Positions 21,674 to 32,901 of a stretch of DNA of 64,000 bases are shown one piece after another. This stretch comes from Candidatus Woesebacteria bacterium (GTDB taxonomy: Bacteria > Patescibacteriota > Microgenomatia > UBA8517). The stretch's first letter is position 1. Every line of letters begins with the position of its first letter. Under the pieces are notes generated by a model. That model ran no database searches and was not told the origin of the DNA. It was given only the letters and a program-made list of their open reading frames with translations. The DNA is taken from contig OY970314.1 in the NCBI GenBank assembly GCA_963716475.1, forward strand, positions 10,479-74,478, given 5' to 3'. The translations under genes and the position numbers were made by a program.

Positions 21674-23611
21674 TTACGGGGTGGTTGCCGGAGGAGTTGC
21701 TTCCTGTGGTAGGGTAATTGGGGGCTGGATAACTGTTTCCTGTTTTTGAGGAGTGGTCAAGTTTTGTGTACCGGTCGTAGTAGTGGTAGTAGCTGTTGTC
21801 GGCTTACTCTTCTCCAAGGCGTCAAGGGTGCTCTTTGCCAAAGTGTAATCAGGCGTATTCGGACTGACTAGGGTTAAAACGGTATTCATTTCGGTAATTG
21901 CGTTGTCATAGTCTTTCTTCTCTCTGTAGGCGATTGCCAAGTTATAATGGGCGTTAGCAAGATCCTGTTTAGTTAGTACTGCAAGTTTGAATGTATCAAT
22001 TGCATCGTCGTATCTTCCGAGTGAATAGTAAACTCCGCCTAATGAAACTCTTAAATTTGGATTAATCGGATCAAGAGCTATTGCTTGGGTGTAAGTCTGA
22101 ATTGCGAATTGATCCGACCCTTGTGCAAAAGGCATGATATTTGCATAAATCTGTGCCAGAAGCTCCCACGCCCCCGACCTTCCCGGGTTTAAAGAGACAG
22201 TTGCCTTGCCTTGATTTATCGCGTCACTAATCAACTGCGTAATATTTGTACGGTCCGTATCCGTTAAATTTTTATTTCCTGCAATAGAGGTGGCCAGAGC
22301 CATATCTATTTGAGCCAGTGAGGCATGGTATCTGTCCACGTAAGGATTTTGGGTCACAGCTGACGTCATAAAATTGTAGGTGTTTTTGGCATCGTTGTTG
22401 TTTAAAGCAACTAAAGACTTCTGGTAAGTGAGTTCGGCCGCTATGGCTTTTGTTCCGAATATTGCTAAAGCAATTATTCCGATAATAATAGGAGCGGCGA
22501 CGATGGCAGAGGGGACTCTCCCTGCCGCCAAGCTAACGGTTTTTTCCTCCGAGTGCGAGAAAACTGCCAAAAGAGCCATAAAAAGAAATATAAGCACAGG
22601 CGCGGAGGGGAAAATGGCGAAAAGAATAACCAGTAATGCGAGTGAAATTATTTCCCAGTTTTTCTGCCTAAGGCCATTTTTGACTGCCCTGTAAATACTG
22701 ATAAGAAGTACGGCAATGGCGGCCAGTCCGGCAAAGCCGGTTTCTGTTATTAACGTAAAGTAATAATTGTTTGCTATGGAAAACCTGGTCAGCCAAAGAA
22801 CAGTTTGATTATAACCAAGCGGCCTAAACAAGTTAAAAGCGGTAACATAATTATCCGGTCCGATTCCCCAAATCGGGGTTTGTTTCAAAGTATCAATAAG
22901 TACCTCCCATGAGGTTTGCAAACCGGGCAACACCAAGGATTGGGATTTACCGGGAAGAAGACTAAAGACAAGTATGGCGGCTCCCAGTACGACAACAGCA
23001 GAAGCAACGCCAAAAAATATCCTTTTTACCAAATCTTTCTCTTTAATTAATAAGACTATGCCGATAGGGAGGATGGTGGCGAGATATATTGCCCCCGGCA
23101 AGTTTCCGCCAATCGGATTAAAGGAAGAACTTTTCATAAAAGTTGGAAGTTGAGGGATTTTTGCGAAGAGTCCCAGCTCCGTAAACAGAACCGAAACGGA
23201 AACGAATATTCCCGAAGCAAATAAGGCAATTAGAATCAAATTTTTTGTTCCTTTATCGAACTGGTTAACCAAAAAATAGAACATGAAGGCCAGAATGACG
23301 AAAGTAACCGTACCGGGGATAAAAAACGCCTCCATTTTGTTTGGGGTTTTAATAATTGCCGAAAGAATATAGACAATCGCAATTAGCAGAACTCCCAAAT
23401 CAAATTTTCCTATAGAGAAAGCAGCTTCGCCTCTGATTACTGCACGCGCCGACCAAAGCAAAAGTACCAAGACTATAGCAACTGCTCCAAAGATTTCCTT
23501 AGGGACAAGATAGGAAGCGGAGAACCTCGGAAGAACAAAAACTGCAAAAAGGCCGGCTAAGACCATAAGGATGTATTTTTCCGAATTTCTGATGTGCCTG
23601 GTTATATCCAT
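21674..23611 (-). CDS. O-antigen ligase-like (Wzy_C/PglL-type) membrane protein with TPRs
   Basis: About 12 TM helices, PIWGIGPDNY...NYYFTLITETGFAG motif, C-terminal TPRs. Confidence 0.75.
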   Translation of the reverse strand: MDITRHIRNSEKYILMVLAGLFAVFVLPRFSASYLVPKEIFGAVAIVLVLLLWSARAVIRGEAAFSIGKFDLGVLLIAIVYILSAIIKTPNKMEAFFIPGTVTFVILAFMFYFLVNQFDKGTKNLILIALFASGIFVSVSVLFTELGLFAKIPQLPTFMKSSSFNPIGGNLPGAIYLATILPIGIVLLIKEKDLVKRIFFGVASAVVVLGAAILVFSLLPGKSQSLVLPGLQTSWEVLIDTLKQTPIWGIGPDNYVTAFNLFRPLGYNQTVLWLTRFSIANNYYFTLITETGFAGLAAIAVLLISIYRAVKNGLRQKNWEIISLALLVILFAIFPSAPVLIFLFMALLAVFSHSEEKTVSLAAGRVPSAIVAAPIIIGIIALAIFGTKAIAAELTYQKSLVALNNNDAKNTYNFMTSAVTQNPYVDRYHASLAQIDMALATSIAGNKNLTDTDRTNITQLISDAINQGKATVSLNPGRSGAWELLAQIYANIMPFAQGSDQFAIQTYTQAIALDPINPNLRVSLGGVYYSLGRYDDAIDTFKLAVLTKQDLANAHYNLAIAYREKKDYDNAITEMNTVLTLVSPNTPDYTLAKSTLDALEKSKPTTATTTTTTGTQNLTTPQKQETVIQPPITLPQEATPPATTP

Positions 23612-23740
23612 TTGAATACTATTTTTAGAGTATTTAGCATTTTGTATAAGTTGTCAATACCCTTTTAAGAACAAATTGTTTCTTTTCACACCATATTATT
23701 TCACAATATATATAAATATATAGTTAGATATATTATGACA

Positions 23741-26700
23741 TCATTTAAATATGAGACCTTTAAAAATTGCACCCTTGAGTTGGGAATTTATATTTGCCGG
23801 AGCACCAGAGGCGATTGTGGTAAAAGAGTAGGGGGAAGCCTGGGTAGAACTCCATGTACTACTTCCGCCGGGGTCTTTTGCATAGCTGTCCCAATAATAA
23901 GTCTTATTATTTTGAAGAGCTGATTGAACTGTATAAGTTGCTTGCGAATTGTCTGTGTAGTCTGTATAAGGACCCCCCGGTGGGTAATTTTGACCGGACC
24001 ATCCGGTTTGGTCACCTGTTTGATCAAAAGTCTGACAGTTGGTTGTCATTCCCGGGTTTTCGCAAAGAACAATTTTATATTTCATATAATCGCCGTCCGT
24101 GTCATGTGCAGTAGTCTTTAATGCAGGTGTTGTCGATTGACCCGAGGAGGTATCACCGGGCGAATCAAGTGACGGTATATTGGGGGCAGAGTTGGTACAT
24201 GTTGGATTCATAGTGATGGTATAGCCGTAATTATTTCCGTCGCCGGTTGAATAAGTGGCACAAATGGTTCCGGTGTTGTTGTGGGACCAGGATAGATCTA
24301 CATAGGTAACAGAAGTATTAGCCGGCGTAATATCCCATCTGCTACCTCCACTGGATTGAAGATATAGTTTATAGCTTCCGGTACCGTTCATCGTCCAAGT
24401 TCCGGTGACAGTTGTCGTCGAACCACTAGCGTATTGAATATATCTGATATTTGAATTTGATGCGGTCGATGCTGACAGGTTGTTGAAGGTGGAGTTTCCG
24501 CTTATTGCCTGTGTTGAACTGTCGGCACCGTTAAGAGTAATAGTACTGCCCCCCGAAGCGGTAAAAGTGCTTGAATTTGACCAGTTGCCGGAAACGCTAA
24601 AGCTTGATGTTGTTGTCGTTACTCCCGTAATCGAAACGTTAACAAAAGCTAAAGCATTGGAATTCGTAATTGTTCCTCCGGACAGGGTAATTGTCCCCGC
24701 ATTGGGGGAGAAAGTTCCTGTTACATTAAGATTAGCGGCGGTTGCGGTATTGGAATTGCCCGATATTGACCCGGATATTTTTAGAGTTCCGTATGTCAGA
24801 TTAGAAAGAATCTGGCCACTAGCGTTATAGTCGACGGTCAAATTGGTAAGAGTGTTGGTCGAGAATTTATATTGTGATGAGTAGTCGGCGGTGGCGGAAG
24901 TTCTGGTAACCATTACGGTTCCGTTTCCGGTTATTGTACCTGCCGGGGCTGACGTATTGATTATCACTGATGCTCCCGGTGTAAAAACTCCGCCGGAGTT
25001 AACTGTAAACGTTCCACTTACACCAAAGTTATTATTTCCGGCGACCGCCGCACTTGTGTCAACGGCAAGACCGGAAAAAGTTAGGGTACCTGAATTTCCT
25101 ATTGAGCTGCCGTTGGTGAAGGTTATGGTTCCTCCCGATGGGGAAAAATTACTACTTCCCCCGACCGAAATTGCAGTTCCGACATAGAATGATGAGCTTG
25201 TTGTAACGGTTGCAGAAGCGGCAATTGCCAGAGTCTTGAAAGCCAGAGAACCCGCAGTATTTGAATTGGTTATTGAACCTCCATTCATTGTTACCGTCCC
25301 GCCCCCCGGTGCGAAATTACCAGACGCTCCTACCGAAAGCGCATTTGCCACAGCGAACGCGACATTAGAAGTGTTTGTGCCGTTGAATGCCACTCCGTAA
25401 AAAGTAATAGTACCGGAGTTGGTAATTGAAGTGGTAACTCCGGAGTCAAAATAAATTGTTCCACCGGTTGGCTGGAGCGTTCCTGATGAAAGTGTTAGGC
25501 TGTGACTGATTGTATAGTTTGCGTTCGATTGAGAACCCGGGGTAGTAGAAATTGTCAGGTCATAGAAGTCCAGAGAAGCTGCGGTGTTATTGTTTGTTAT
25601 TGTCCAGCCGCTTCCACTTAAAGTAATATTTGAACTTGCAGAAGGTGCCATACTACCGCTTGCACCGATTGTTAAAGCTCCGCCCACACTGAAATTGGAG
25701 GAAGTTGTAACTGTACCGTTAATTGAAAGACCGGAGAATGCCAATGTTCCGGAATTGCTAAGTGCTCCTCCTGTTAGTGTTATTACTCCTCCTGATGGGG
25801 AAAGATTTCCGGAGGAGCCCACTGAAAGGTTGTGGCTCACGGAAAATGAAGAGCCTGTATTTACAGTTGCAGAATTAGCGACAGCCAAGTCGTAGAACGA
25901 TAAAGTTCCCGAACTGTTAGTTATAGTTGAGGCGTTATTAAAGGTCGCCGTTCCTGCCGACGCGGTGAAATTTGCGGAACTATTTACGGTTAGGGTGCCG
26001 TTGAAATTAAAGCTTACACTAGGGGCAACAGTTCCTCCGGTATTTGAATCTGTAATACTTCCGAATGTTGTGGTACTGCCTCCGTTTATTGCTTGTCCCG
26101 AAGCACCGTTAAAAGTAATTGTGCTTGTTCCTCCCGAAAAAGTAGAATTGTTGGTAAAGTTGCCTCCGATTGACATATTGTAATTGCTTCCTGAGGTTGA
26201 AAGTGTTCCGCTTGAGATTGTTAGGGTTGCTCCTACCGTTGTTATTCCCAGAAGTGTTTTTGTTGAAGCACCGGAAACTGTTAAGTTGGAGTAGGTGGGA
26301 GCGTTGGCCACATTTTGTGACGAGGTTGATGCGTATTCAACTGTGCTTCCCGAGGTTAATGTGATATTTGTATATGATGTCGGGAAAGTTGTTACGCCGG
26401 ATGCACCCAACTTTAAAGTTGCACCGGAAGCTACCGATAAAGTTCCCGTGCCATTTCCTGTAATTTGATAACCTCCATCGGCAAAGGTTCCTGCGGAGAC
26501 AGTAAGGTCAGCCCCAACAGATATTGTATTTCCCAGAGTTCCGGTATGGCCGGACATACTTATTTGAAGGGTATTAAATGTAATGGCTCCGGAGGTTAGA
26601 AAAAGATCGGCGGAAGTTTCGCTGAAGTTTACAGAGGAACCCCCAGCAGTAAATAATCCGTTATTTGTAAAAAGGGTTCCTGACGTACTGTTGATTGTTA

Positions 26701-29140
26701 CCGAAGAGTTATTGGCATAGAATTTTCCACCACCTTCAATATTAATAGTACCCGTTGTGAAGGATTGATCCGAACCGGTATCAAGAGAACCATAAGCCGA
26801 AGTTTCGGCTTTAAGATCTGTTAATCCTGTTACAATTGTTGTGCCACTAAGGGTAACCGTTAGTGTATTGCTACCGCCTGAGGTGGGATCAACAGTAAAG
26901 TTATTATTGACTGTAAAAGCTGCACCCATTGTATAGCCGAAAGAAGTCGATATTGATGGGGAGAGTGTAAGATTATAGAAAGCGTTTGAGCCGGTAAAAT
27001 TACTGGTGCCGCCCAGTATTGCCGTTGGTGCGGTGATTCCGGTAAATATCACGGTAGAGCTGGACCCGGCACTTATTGAACCGTTATTGGTTAGAATTGT
27101 TCCCGATGTTCCATCCAGTGTCAGAGATGACGAGCTTCCGAAAGTCAAAGTTCCTGTATTACTAATGGTAACTGTGGCAGCCGCTTGAGCCCCGTCTACG
27201 GTGACATTGTTTCCTGCAGATATAGTTGCGATATCGCCGGCGATGGGTTGTCCGTTTCCTCCCGAACAACCCGCAGTCCAAGTTCCCACAGCACTCCAGT
27301 TTGCCGAAGCTTGAGAAGAGCATGTTGGCGTACCTCCCCCGGTCGGTTGGAAAGTACCGATACTTACCCCCGCATCATAATTGCCGTAATTATCTTTCTG
27401 AAAAACCACATATGTGTAATCTTGGCTATTTGTTAGAGAGTTAGTTGTACAATCCGATTCGCTATCACCATCCACTCTGGAGACAACGGTACTTCCAGAT
27501 GAAGAAACGACACAGGCAACAGTTGCCCCTCCGTTAGTGCTTCCTTTTGTTGGGGTTGATCCCTCAGTTGGCACCTCAGCTCCCGCCGATCCGGATGTCC
27601 AACGATAAACGACTGACCCTGCTGTTGTGTTAAAATCACCACTACTGCTTGTTGTCCAATGAACGGTTACCTGTTGATTTCCCGCAGAACCACCGGTACT
27701 TGTGGCACCACTGGGAGGGGTGTTGTCCACCGTTATAGTGTCGCTATCCGTATCACTACCGGCGATACGATTGTTATTACCGGATGTAAAAGTTGAACTG
27801 ACGGTACCTGTAACCGCGTAAGTTCCTTGAGCCAGTGAATGATCCGTAGCAGTGAAAATAACTCTGTAGTAGGAAGCTGATGTGGTAACCGGTATTGAGG
27901 TACCTCCGCTAAAAACCCAGTTATCACCACTTGGGGATGATACTGTGGAAAAATATTGCTGTGACATCGCATTATTCCAGATCTCCACACTGGCAATTGC
28001 TGACGTATTTGCCGTCGTGACAGTAAGGCCGGTTACGCTATCAGTTGTGGTGTCGTTTGTAAAAGAAAACTGATCAAGATAATTATCGGTAGTTCCCGGC
28101 GCTACAGTTGGAGTGGAGGATGGATCTATTCCGTCGCCGAGAGTCGTTATAGCAGGAGTATAAATAACAACTATTATTCCTTGAATTCCGCTACCGCTAT
28201 TCGCAGTTGTACCGGCTTTTGCACCTCCACCGCCTCCACCGAAATTACCACCATTCCCTGCAGTAATCGTTGCGCCGTTACCCGAGTTTCCACCTCCGCC
28301 GCCTCCGGACCCATGGCTGCCGTCCCACTCTGTTCCGGGAGAACCGTTGTTTTGACCTGCGGCGCCTCCATTACCACCCACAGAATCATCACCCCTACCT
28401 CCGGCTGTGGTTACGTTATTGCTGGTTGTAGAATTGTCACCTCCGGGGTTTCCGTCTGCGGTACTACCACCAGCACCTCCGCCTCCCGAACCACCGGTTC
28501 CTGATGCGCCTGTTAAATTGCCCCCTCGGCCTCCGCTTGTACGTGTTTGTCCATAGCCGCTTGCTAAAGCGCCACCCGCACCACCATTTCTACTTCCAGA
28601 GCCGTTGACCCCCCCGGTTCCACCCTGTGCCCCGCATTTTGCATTATCAGTTCCGGCTCCGGGATCTGATGCTGCGTTCCAATAAGACACCCCACCGCTT
28701 GCCCCAGGAGTAGTATTGCCGGCCCCGGCTCCGCCAATACCAACACGGTACGTGGCTGTTGTTGTACCAGGGGATGCAAAAGAAAAATTGGTTATTTTAG
28801 AATACGCCCCTCCGCCGCCACCGGTTGAGTGATTACCGGCGGCACTTCCACCAGCTGCTCCACCACCCATGCATTCAACTGTATTATTAGAGTTATTCCA
28901 ATTAGAGGGTGAGGTAAAAGTCTGGTTGCTTCCTGTAGTTGTAAGGAAGGCAACACAAGTGCTTCCAACGGGGGAAAAAGGAGAGTTGCATATTGCAGCC
29001 TGTACATCATTAATTTTTGGTGGAAAAATTCCAAAGCTTGGAATTGAAACTGCCGGCCAGCCGGACAGAAGCCACGAGAATATCAAAGTTAGTATTAATA
29101 CCGGTTTTAAGACTTTCCTGATATTTTTAGTCTTTATCAT
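23741..29140 (-). CDS. Large secreted surface protein (Gly-rich domain, Fn3-like domain, long beta-helix-type repeats, C-terminal Ig-like domain)
   Basis: 1799-aa ORF with signal or anchor sequence, GGGGG-rich domain and S/T/G/N-rich repeats. The C-terminal domain is paralogous to that of 29906-32896. Confidence 0.8.
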   Translation of the reverse strand: MIKTKNIRKVLKPVLILTLIFSWLLSGWPAVSIPSFGIFPPKINDVQAAICNSPFSPVGSTCVAFLTTTGSNQTFTSPSNWNNSNNTVECMGGGAAGGSAAGNHSTGGGGGAYSKITNFSFASPGTTTATYRVGIGGAGAGNTTPGASGGVSYWNAASDPGAGTDNAKCGAQGGTGGVNGSGSRNGGAGGALASGYGQTRTSGGRGGNLTGASGTGGSGGGGAGGSTADGNPGGDNSTTSNNVTTAGGRGDDSVGGNGGAAGQNNGSPGTEWDGSHGSGGGGGGNSGNGATITAGNGGNFGGGGGGAKAGTTANSGSGIQGIIVVIYTPAITTLGDGIDPSSTPTVAPGTTDNYLDQFSFTNDTTTDSVTGLTVTTANTSAIASVEIWNNAMSQQYFSTVSSPSGDNWVFSGGTSIPVTTSASYYRVIFTATDHSLAQGTYAVTGTVSSTFTSGNNNRIAGSDTDSDTITVDNTPPSGATSTGGSAGNQQVTVHWTTSSSGDFNTTAGSVVYRWTSGSAGAEVPTEGSTPTKGSTNGGATVACVVSSSGSTVVSRVDGDSESDCTTNSLTNSQDYTYVVFQKDNYGNYDAGVSIGTFQPTGGGTPTCSSQASANWSAVGTWTAGCSGGNGQPIAGDIATISAGNNVTVDGAQAAATVTISNTGTLTFGSSSSLTLDGTSGTILTNNGSISAGSSSTVIFTGITAPTAILGGTSNFTGSNAFYNLTLSPSISTSFGYTMGAAFTVNNNFTVDPTSGGSNTLTVTLSGTTIVTGLTDLKAETSAYGSLDTGSDQSFTTGTINIEGGGKFYANNSSVTINSTSGTLFTNNGLFTAGGSSVNFSETSADLFLTSGAITFNTLQISMSGHTGTLGNTISVGADLTVSAGTFADGGYQITGNGTGTLSVASGATLKLGASGVTTFPTSYTNITLTSGSTVEYASTSSQNVANAPTYSNLTVSGASTKTLLGITTVGATLTISSGTLSTSGSNYNMSIGGNFTNNSTFSGGTSTITFNGASGQAINGGSTTTFGSITDSNTGGTVAPSVSFNFNGTLTVNSSANFTASAGTATFNNASTITNSSGTLSFYDLAVANSATVNTGSSFSVSHNLSVGSSGNLSPSGGVITLTGGALSNSGTLAFSGLSINGTVTTSSNFSVGGALTIGASGSMAPSASSNITLSGSGWTITNNNTAASLDFYDLTISTTPGSQSNANYTISHSLTLSSGTLQPTGGTIYFDSGVTTSITNSGTITFYGVAFNGTNTSNVAFAVANALSVGASGNFAPGGGTVTMNGGSITNSNTAGSLAFKTLAIAASATVTTSSSFYVGTAISVGGSSNFSPSGGTITFTNGSSIGNSGTLTFSGLAVDTSAAVAGNNNFGVSGTFTVNSGGVFTPGASVIINTSAPAGTITGNGTVMVTRTSATADYSSQYKFSTNTLTNLTVDYNASGQILSNLTYGTLKISGSISGNSNTATAANLNVTGTFSPNAGTITLSGGTITNSNALAFVNVSITGVTTTTSSFSVSGNWSNSSTFTASGGSTITLNGADSSTQAISGNSTFNNLSASTASNSNIRYIQYASGSTTTVTGTWTMNGTGSYKLYLQSSGGSRWDITPANTSVTYVDLSWSHNNTGTICATYSTGDGNNYGYTITMNPTCTNSAPNIPSLDSPGDTSSGQSTTPALKTTAHDTDGDYMKYKIVLCENPGMTTNCQTFDQTGDQTGWSGQNYPPGGPYTDYTDNSQATYTVQSALQNNKTYYWDSYAKDPGGSSTWSSTQASPYSFTTIASGAPANINSQLKGAIFKGLIFK

Positions 29141-29144
29141 TTGT

Positions 29145-29895
29145 TTATTTTGCTACCACAATTTGCCACTCATTGTTATTTCCCAATTTATAAACCGCCG
29201 GTACTGTTTTCGGGGTAGAGTATTCATAGATTAGTTCTTTAGTTTCCCCAGCTTTCAAATTTACCTGCCAGGAAATTATTTTTCCTTCCTCACCTTTGTC
29301 AGTAACCTTGGCAGGTCCCTGCCAGGGGATAGTAAATCCTGCCGGGACGGTGTCGGAAATTTCTCCCTGAAAATCTTTTGATGCCTTAACAATAAAACGG
29401 ACGGGATATCTTTCAGACCAAACCCGGATTAATTCTGGTTGCGGCTTCCCTGACTATATCAAGATCTCTTTTATCAACTACCTTAAATGTATTATTGGTT
29501 AAGTTTTTGGTGTCCAAATTTGTTAACTTAAGTTTGTAGGTTCCTGTTTTTTGAGGAACAAACTTGAAGAAATAGTCCGGATTGTTAGTCACATTATCTC
29601 CGCAAGTAGAAGATTTTTTGATATCTTTCATTTTTGTACCGTTTATTTTTAGTTCCAAATTAGCATCACAAAGAGTATTTCCATTTGGATCAAGCACCCC
29701 CATTTGGATGGTTGCAGTTTCGCCGGGTAAATACTCCGTCCTATCGCTGTTTACGGCCAGGATGCCTTTCGATAAATTATTATTTGCTATGTTATTTTTA
29801 GTCAAAATAATGTACACAAAAACACCCCCGAGCAAAAGTAATATGGCTTTTGTGATTAATATCTTTTTATTTATTTTTATTTTTTTGTTGCTCAT
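29145..29895 (-). pseudogene. Membrane-anchored Ig/MG2-like protein interrupted by a +1 frameshift (real or sequencing error)
   Basis: After ATRINP one extra G (near 29425) ends the ORF at 29413. The shifted frame continues VWSERYPVRFIVKASKDFQGEISDTVP...WQIVVAK to TAA at 29145 and matches the paralogous region of 29906-32896. Confidence 0.75.
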
Positions 29896-29905
29896 TTTAA
29901 AATAA

Positions 29906-32896
29906 TTAATTTAAATTAAACCCCTTGAGATTTAAGCCATGGGCTGAAAAAGTTCCGCTTGAGACAGTTGTAAAGGAATAAGGACTTGCTTGCGTGCCGC
30001 TCCAACTATTGCTTCCGGGGGTGGGGTCAAAAGCATAGCTTTCCCAGTAGTAAGTTTTGTTGTTTTGAAGCGTATCGGCCGACTGGATTGTATAGATGGC
30101 TTGAGTACCACTGGCATAAGCTAACCCGCCGTTAGCGTCCTGCCCGATCCATCCGGTCTGGTCGCCCGTTTCATCAAAAGTTTTGCAATTGGCCGACATC
30201 CCTGAATTTTCACAAAGGGTAATCTTGTATTCAAGATAGTCACTGTTCGGGTCGGTGGCCGTAGTTTTCAACATTGGCCTTATTGATTGATTGGTTGCAG
30301 TATCAGTAGGTGAGTTAAGAGACGGTGTATTGGGAGCACTATTTGAGCTGGGGAGAACCTTACCCCATTGAACGTTTGATCCGTCATACCACTCGGCGAA
30401 AATATAGCCCGCTCCGGAGTAGTTGGCGGTAACATCCGTATTGGTTCCTGTTGTTTTCCAGTCAGTCGCCGAGGCATCCCAATCGCCTGAAGCATAGGGT
30501 GAAACAGCCTTTTTGTAATAAATGTGATTGCCTCTTATCCAGAAAGCGTATATGTCGCCGGTAGATGTATTCAAAGAGATGGTGGGATAGGCATTACCGC
30601 TATTACTGTCCAAGGTTACGGCTGTTTGCCAGCTGCTGGTGCGTTTCTGGTAGACCGCGTGCCCGTTTTGGTCAATATAGACCATGTGGGTATTTCCGGA
30701 AGAATCGGCAACTACCGAAATCGAATTTGAAATACCGGAGCTTCCTGTGGCAATTAAGGGTGAGGCATAATCCCAACCGCTATAATCAACATGCAACAGT
30801 GCTGCCGAAGCGCTGGCGCCGGAATAGTCCCACGTAGAATTGTAGTTAGTGCCGCCCGAAGCATTATCCCTCAGCTCGACAATCACATTGTCATTACTGA
30901 TGGTGAAGTTATTGACCAACTCCTGAAATATAGCGTTAAGACTGGCTGAGGTGGTTGCTGCGTTCGCGGACCAGTTGGAGGCGTTCCAGGAGACATTGGC
31001 AGAAGTCAGGGCCAAGCCGTCCATTAGCGCATGGGATGTCGGGGCGGAAGGGTTATCAGCTTTGACTCCATAAACACTTATCTTGGGGGAACCGGTTGAG
31101 GCATCGTGGGCGATGAACTTAATATACGAGTTGGTAATCGTTCCGGACATCGTCGCGTTGTTAAAACAGTAAAATGAGTTATAAACTAAAGCGCTGTAGG
31201 AACCGGCTACGTCATTTGGATCGGTAGTTGAAAATCCACTAGTGCTCCATTCCGTTCCTTCGTCGGCGGTTTTTGAGATGCTTTTACTTACCGTCCCGTC
31301 ACTGCCCGAATATAGTTTACCTTCAATTGTCGTGCCCCGCACCCACATGGCATACATTTGTCCGGTAGTCAGGGGTACGATGTTGCCGTAGATATTAGAA
31401 TTGGCGTTAGTTATGTCGGAAATAGAATATACACTATCAGATGTATCTACGGGAAGGGTGTTGGTTGTGGCATCTTTAATAGTCTTTATATAATAGATGC
31501 TGCTTCCCGTATATCTTGCCAACACCCAAACCTGGCTGGAACTGTCTCTGGATATAACGGGATAACTGTAGTCATCTGATGCACCCGTCCCGTTGAACAC
31601 GGTTGTTTCTCCGCTCCAGCCGAATCCTGTCCCCGGATATGAAGTTGCCGCCCTGCCCCTGATATCGTTACTGGTCGTGTAGACAATAAAAAGATATGTT
31701 GTTCCGGTAGTCGAGTCGGTTTCAACTGAAAAATCGTTGGTATTAACGGTAATTCTGGCTGTCGTATTTTCAGTCCAGGAAGTGCCGTTTGATGAATACT
31801 CAAACATGATGCGTGAATTTGCCGTATCGTTAGATGACCGCCAATAAAGAGCATCTGTTGTGTCATACCAGGTCTTGCGTTGGAAGGAATTACTGGTTGG
31901 AGAATCCGATGCCAGCTGCCATTGCTGCGATTCTCTGAAATTACCAACAGTCAGTGGACCGAGCAGAAATATTTGTGGAGTAATGTTGGGCGCCTGGTAA
32001 GTGTATGAAAAAGTTTTTGCTACGCCTGCTTTTAAAACCGTATCCCAGTTCGTTTGTGAATTTATGATTTGGAAACTTTGCGGAACTTCTTCTTTTATGA
32101 TACCGCTCCAGTCCTGATCGGCAGTAATTTTGATTGTCATGGTGTAGCTGGATTTGAAGGGATTTATACGTGTTGCACCGATTCTTTCAACTTTTACAGG
32201 AAGGGTATCTTCTACCTGGAAAGAACTCTCTGTCTCAAATTTATTATCCAGATTTGTCAGCTTCATTCGATAAATTCCTGAAATTGTAGTTTTGTAGTAG
32301 CTATAATAATCGGGCGAGTCTGTTACATTGTCAGCTCCGCAAGATTGCGATTTTGCTATACCGGTGTTTTCGGTTCTTCCCTGAGGATCTGTAATGATAA
32401 TTTGCAACCGGCTGTCGCAAAGAGTGTGACCGCTTGAATCAAGAGAGGCCATCTGAATATAAGCGGTGTCACCGGTTTTATAAACCGATTGGCTGGTATT
32501 TATTACCAGAACTCCCCAGGAAAAATCAGTTACGGGCTGACCGTCAACTGCCAGGTGGTAGGTTCCCGGATGAAGTGCGGCAGTCGGGAGAGGAATTTCA
32601 GTAGTGTCGCCGTTAATTTCCCGGAGTTCAATTTCGCCGGCGGGATCCGTAATTTTTAATGTATGTTTTGGGCTTTGTCCTATAAGCTGTCTGAAAATGC
32701 TTACGAAATCTTGCCCAAGGTTTTTACTTTCCTGTATGCCGATTTTCGGCGTGGTACCGGCAGGATAAATGTTATCTGTCGAAATAGTAAATGATGCGGT
32801 TGGCGTATTAATTGTATTATCTGAAGCCATAACCTGGGTTGCCGAAGCAGTCAGCGTTATTAAAGCCAATACGAAACCCAATAATTTCTTTGACAT
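29906..32896 (-). CDS. Secreted multi-domain surface protein (MG2-like N-terminus, propeller-like middle, Ig-like C-terminus)
   Basis: Start at ATG 32896 (MSKKLLG signal peptide). Shares its N-terminal domain with 29145-29895 and its C-terminal domain with 23741-29140. Fold calls are tentative. Confidence 0.75.
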   Translation of the reverse strand: MSKKLLGFVLALITLTASATQVMASDNTINTPTASFTISTDNIYPAGTTPKIGIQESKNLGQDFVSIFRQLIGQSPKHTLKITDPAGEIELREINGDTTEIPLPTAALHPGTYHLAVDGQPVTDFSWGVLVINTSQSVYKTGDTAYIQMASLDSSGHTLCDSRLQIIITDPQGRTENTGIAKSQSCGADNVTDSPDYYSYYKTTISGIYRMKLTNLDNKFETESSFQVEDTLPVKVERIGATRINPFKSSYTMTIKITADQDWSGIIKEEVPQSFQIINSQTNWDTVLKAGVAKTFSYTYQAPNITPQIFLLGPLTVGNFRESQQWQLASDSPTSNSFQRKTWYDTTDALYWRSSNDTANSRIMFEYSSNGTSWTENTTARITVNTNDFSVETDSTTGTTYLFIVYTTSNDIRGRAATSYPGTGFGWSGETTVFNGTGASDDYSYPVISRDSSSQVWVLARYTGSSIYYIKTIKDATTNTLPVDTSDSVYSISDITNANSNIYGNIVPLTTGQMYAMWVRGTTIEGKLYSGSDGTVSKSISKTADEGTEWSTSGFSTTDPNDVAGSYSALVYNSFYCFNNATMSGTITNSYIKFIAHDASTGSPKISVYGVKADNPSAPTSHALMDGLALTSANVSWNASNWSANAATTSASLNAIFQELVNNFTISNDNVIVELRDNASGGTNYNSTWDYSGASASAALLHVDYSGWDYASPLIATGSSGISNSISVVADSSGNTHMVYIDQNGHAVYQKRTSSWQTAVTLDSNSGNAYPTISLNTSTGDIYAFWIRGNHIYYKKAVSPYASGDWDASATDWKTTGTNTDVTANYSGAGYIFAEWYDGSNVQWGKVLPSSNSAPNTPSLNSPTDTATNQSIRPMLKTTATDPNSDYLEYKITLCENSGMSANCKTFDETGDQTGWIGQDANGGLAYASGTQAIYTIQSADTLQNNKTYYWESYAFDPTPGSNSWSGTQASPYSFTTVSSGTFSAHGLNLKGFNLN

Positions 32897-32901
32897 AAAT
32901 T

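Noticed and set aside
29413-29415. TGA readthrough under genetic code 25
   Set aside because: The homologous continuation is in another frame, and TGA ends other intact genes such as those ending at 15534 and 62877.
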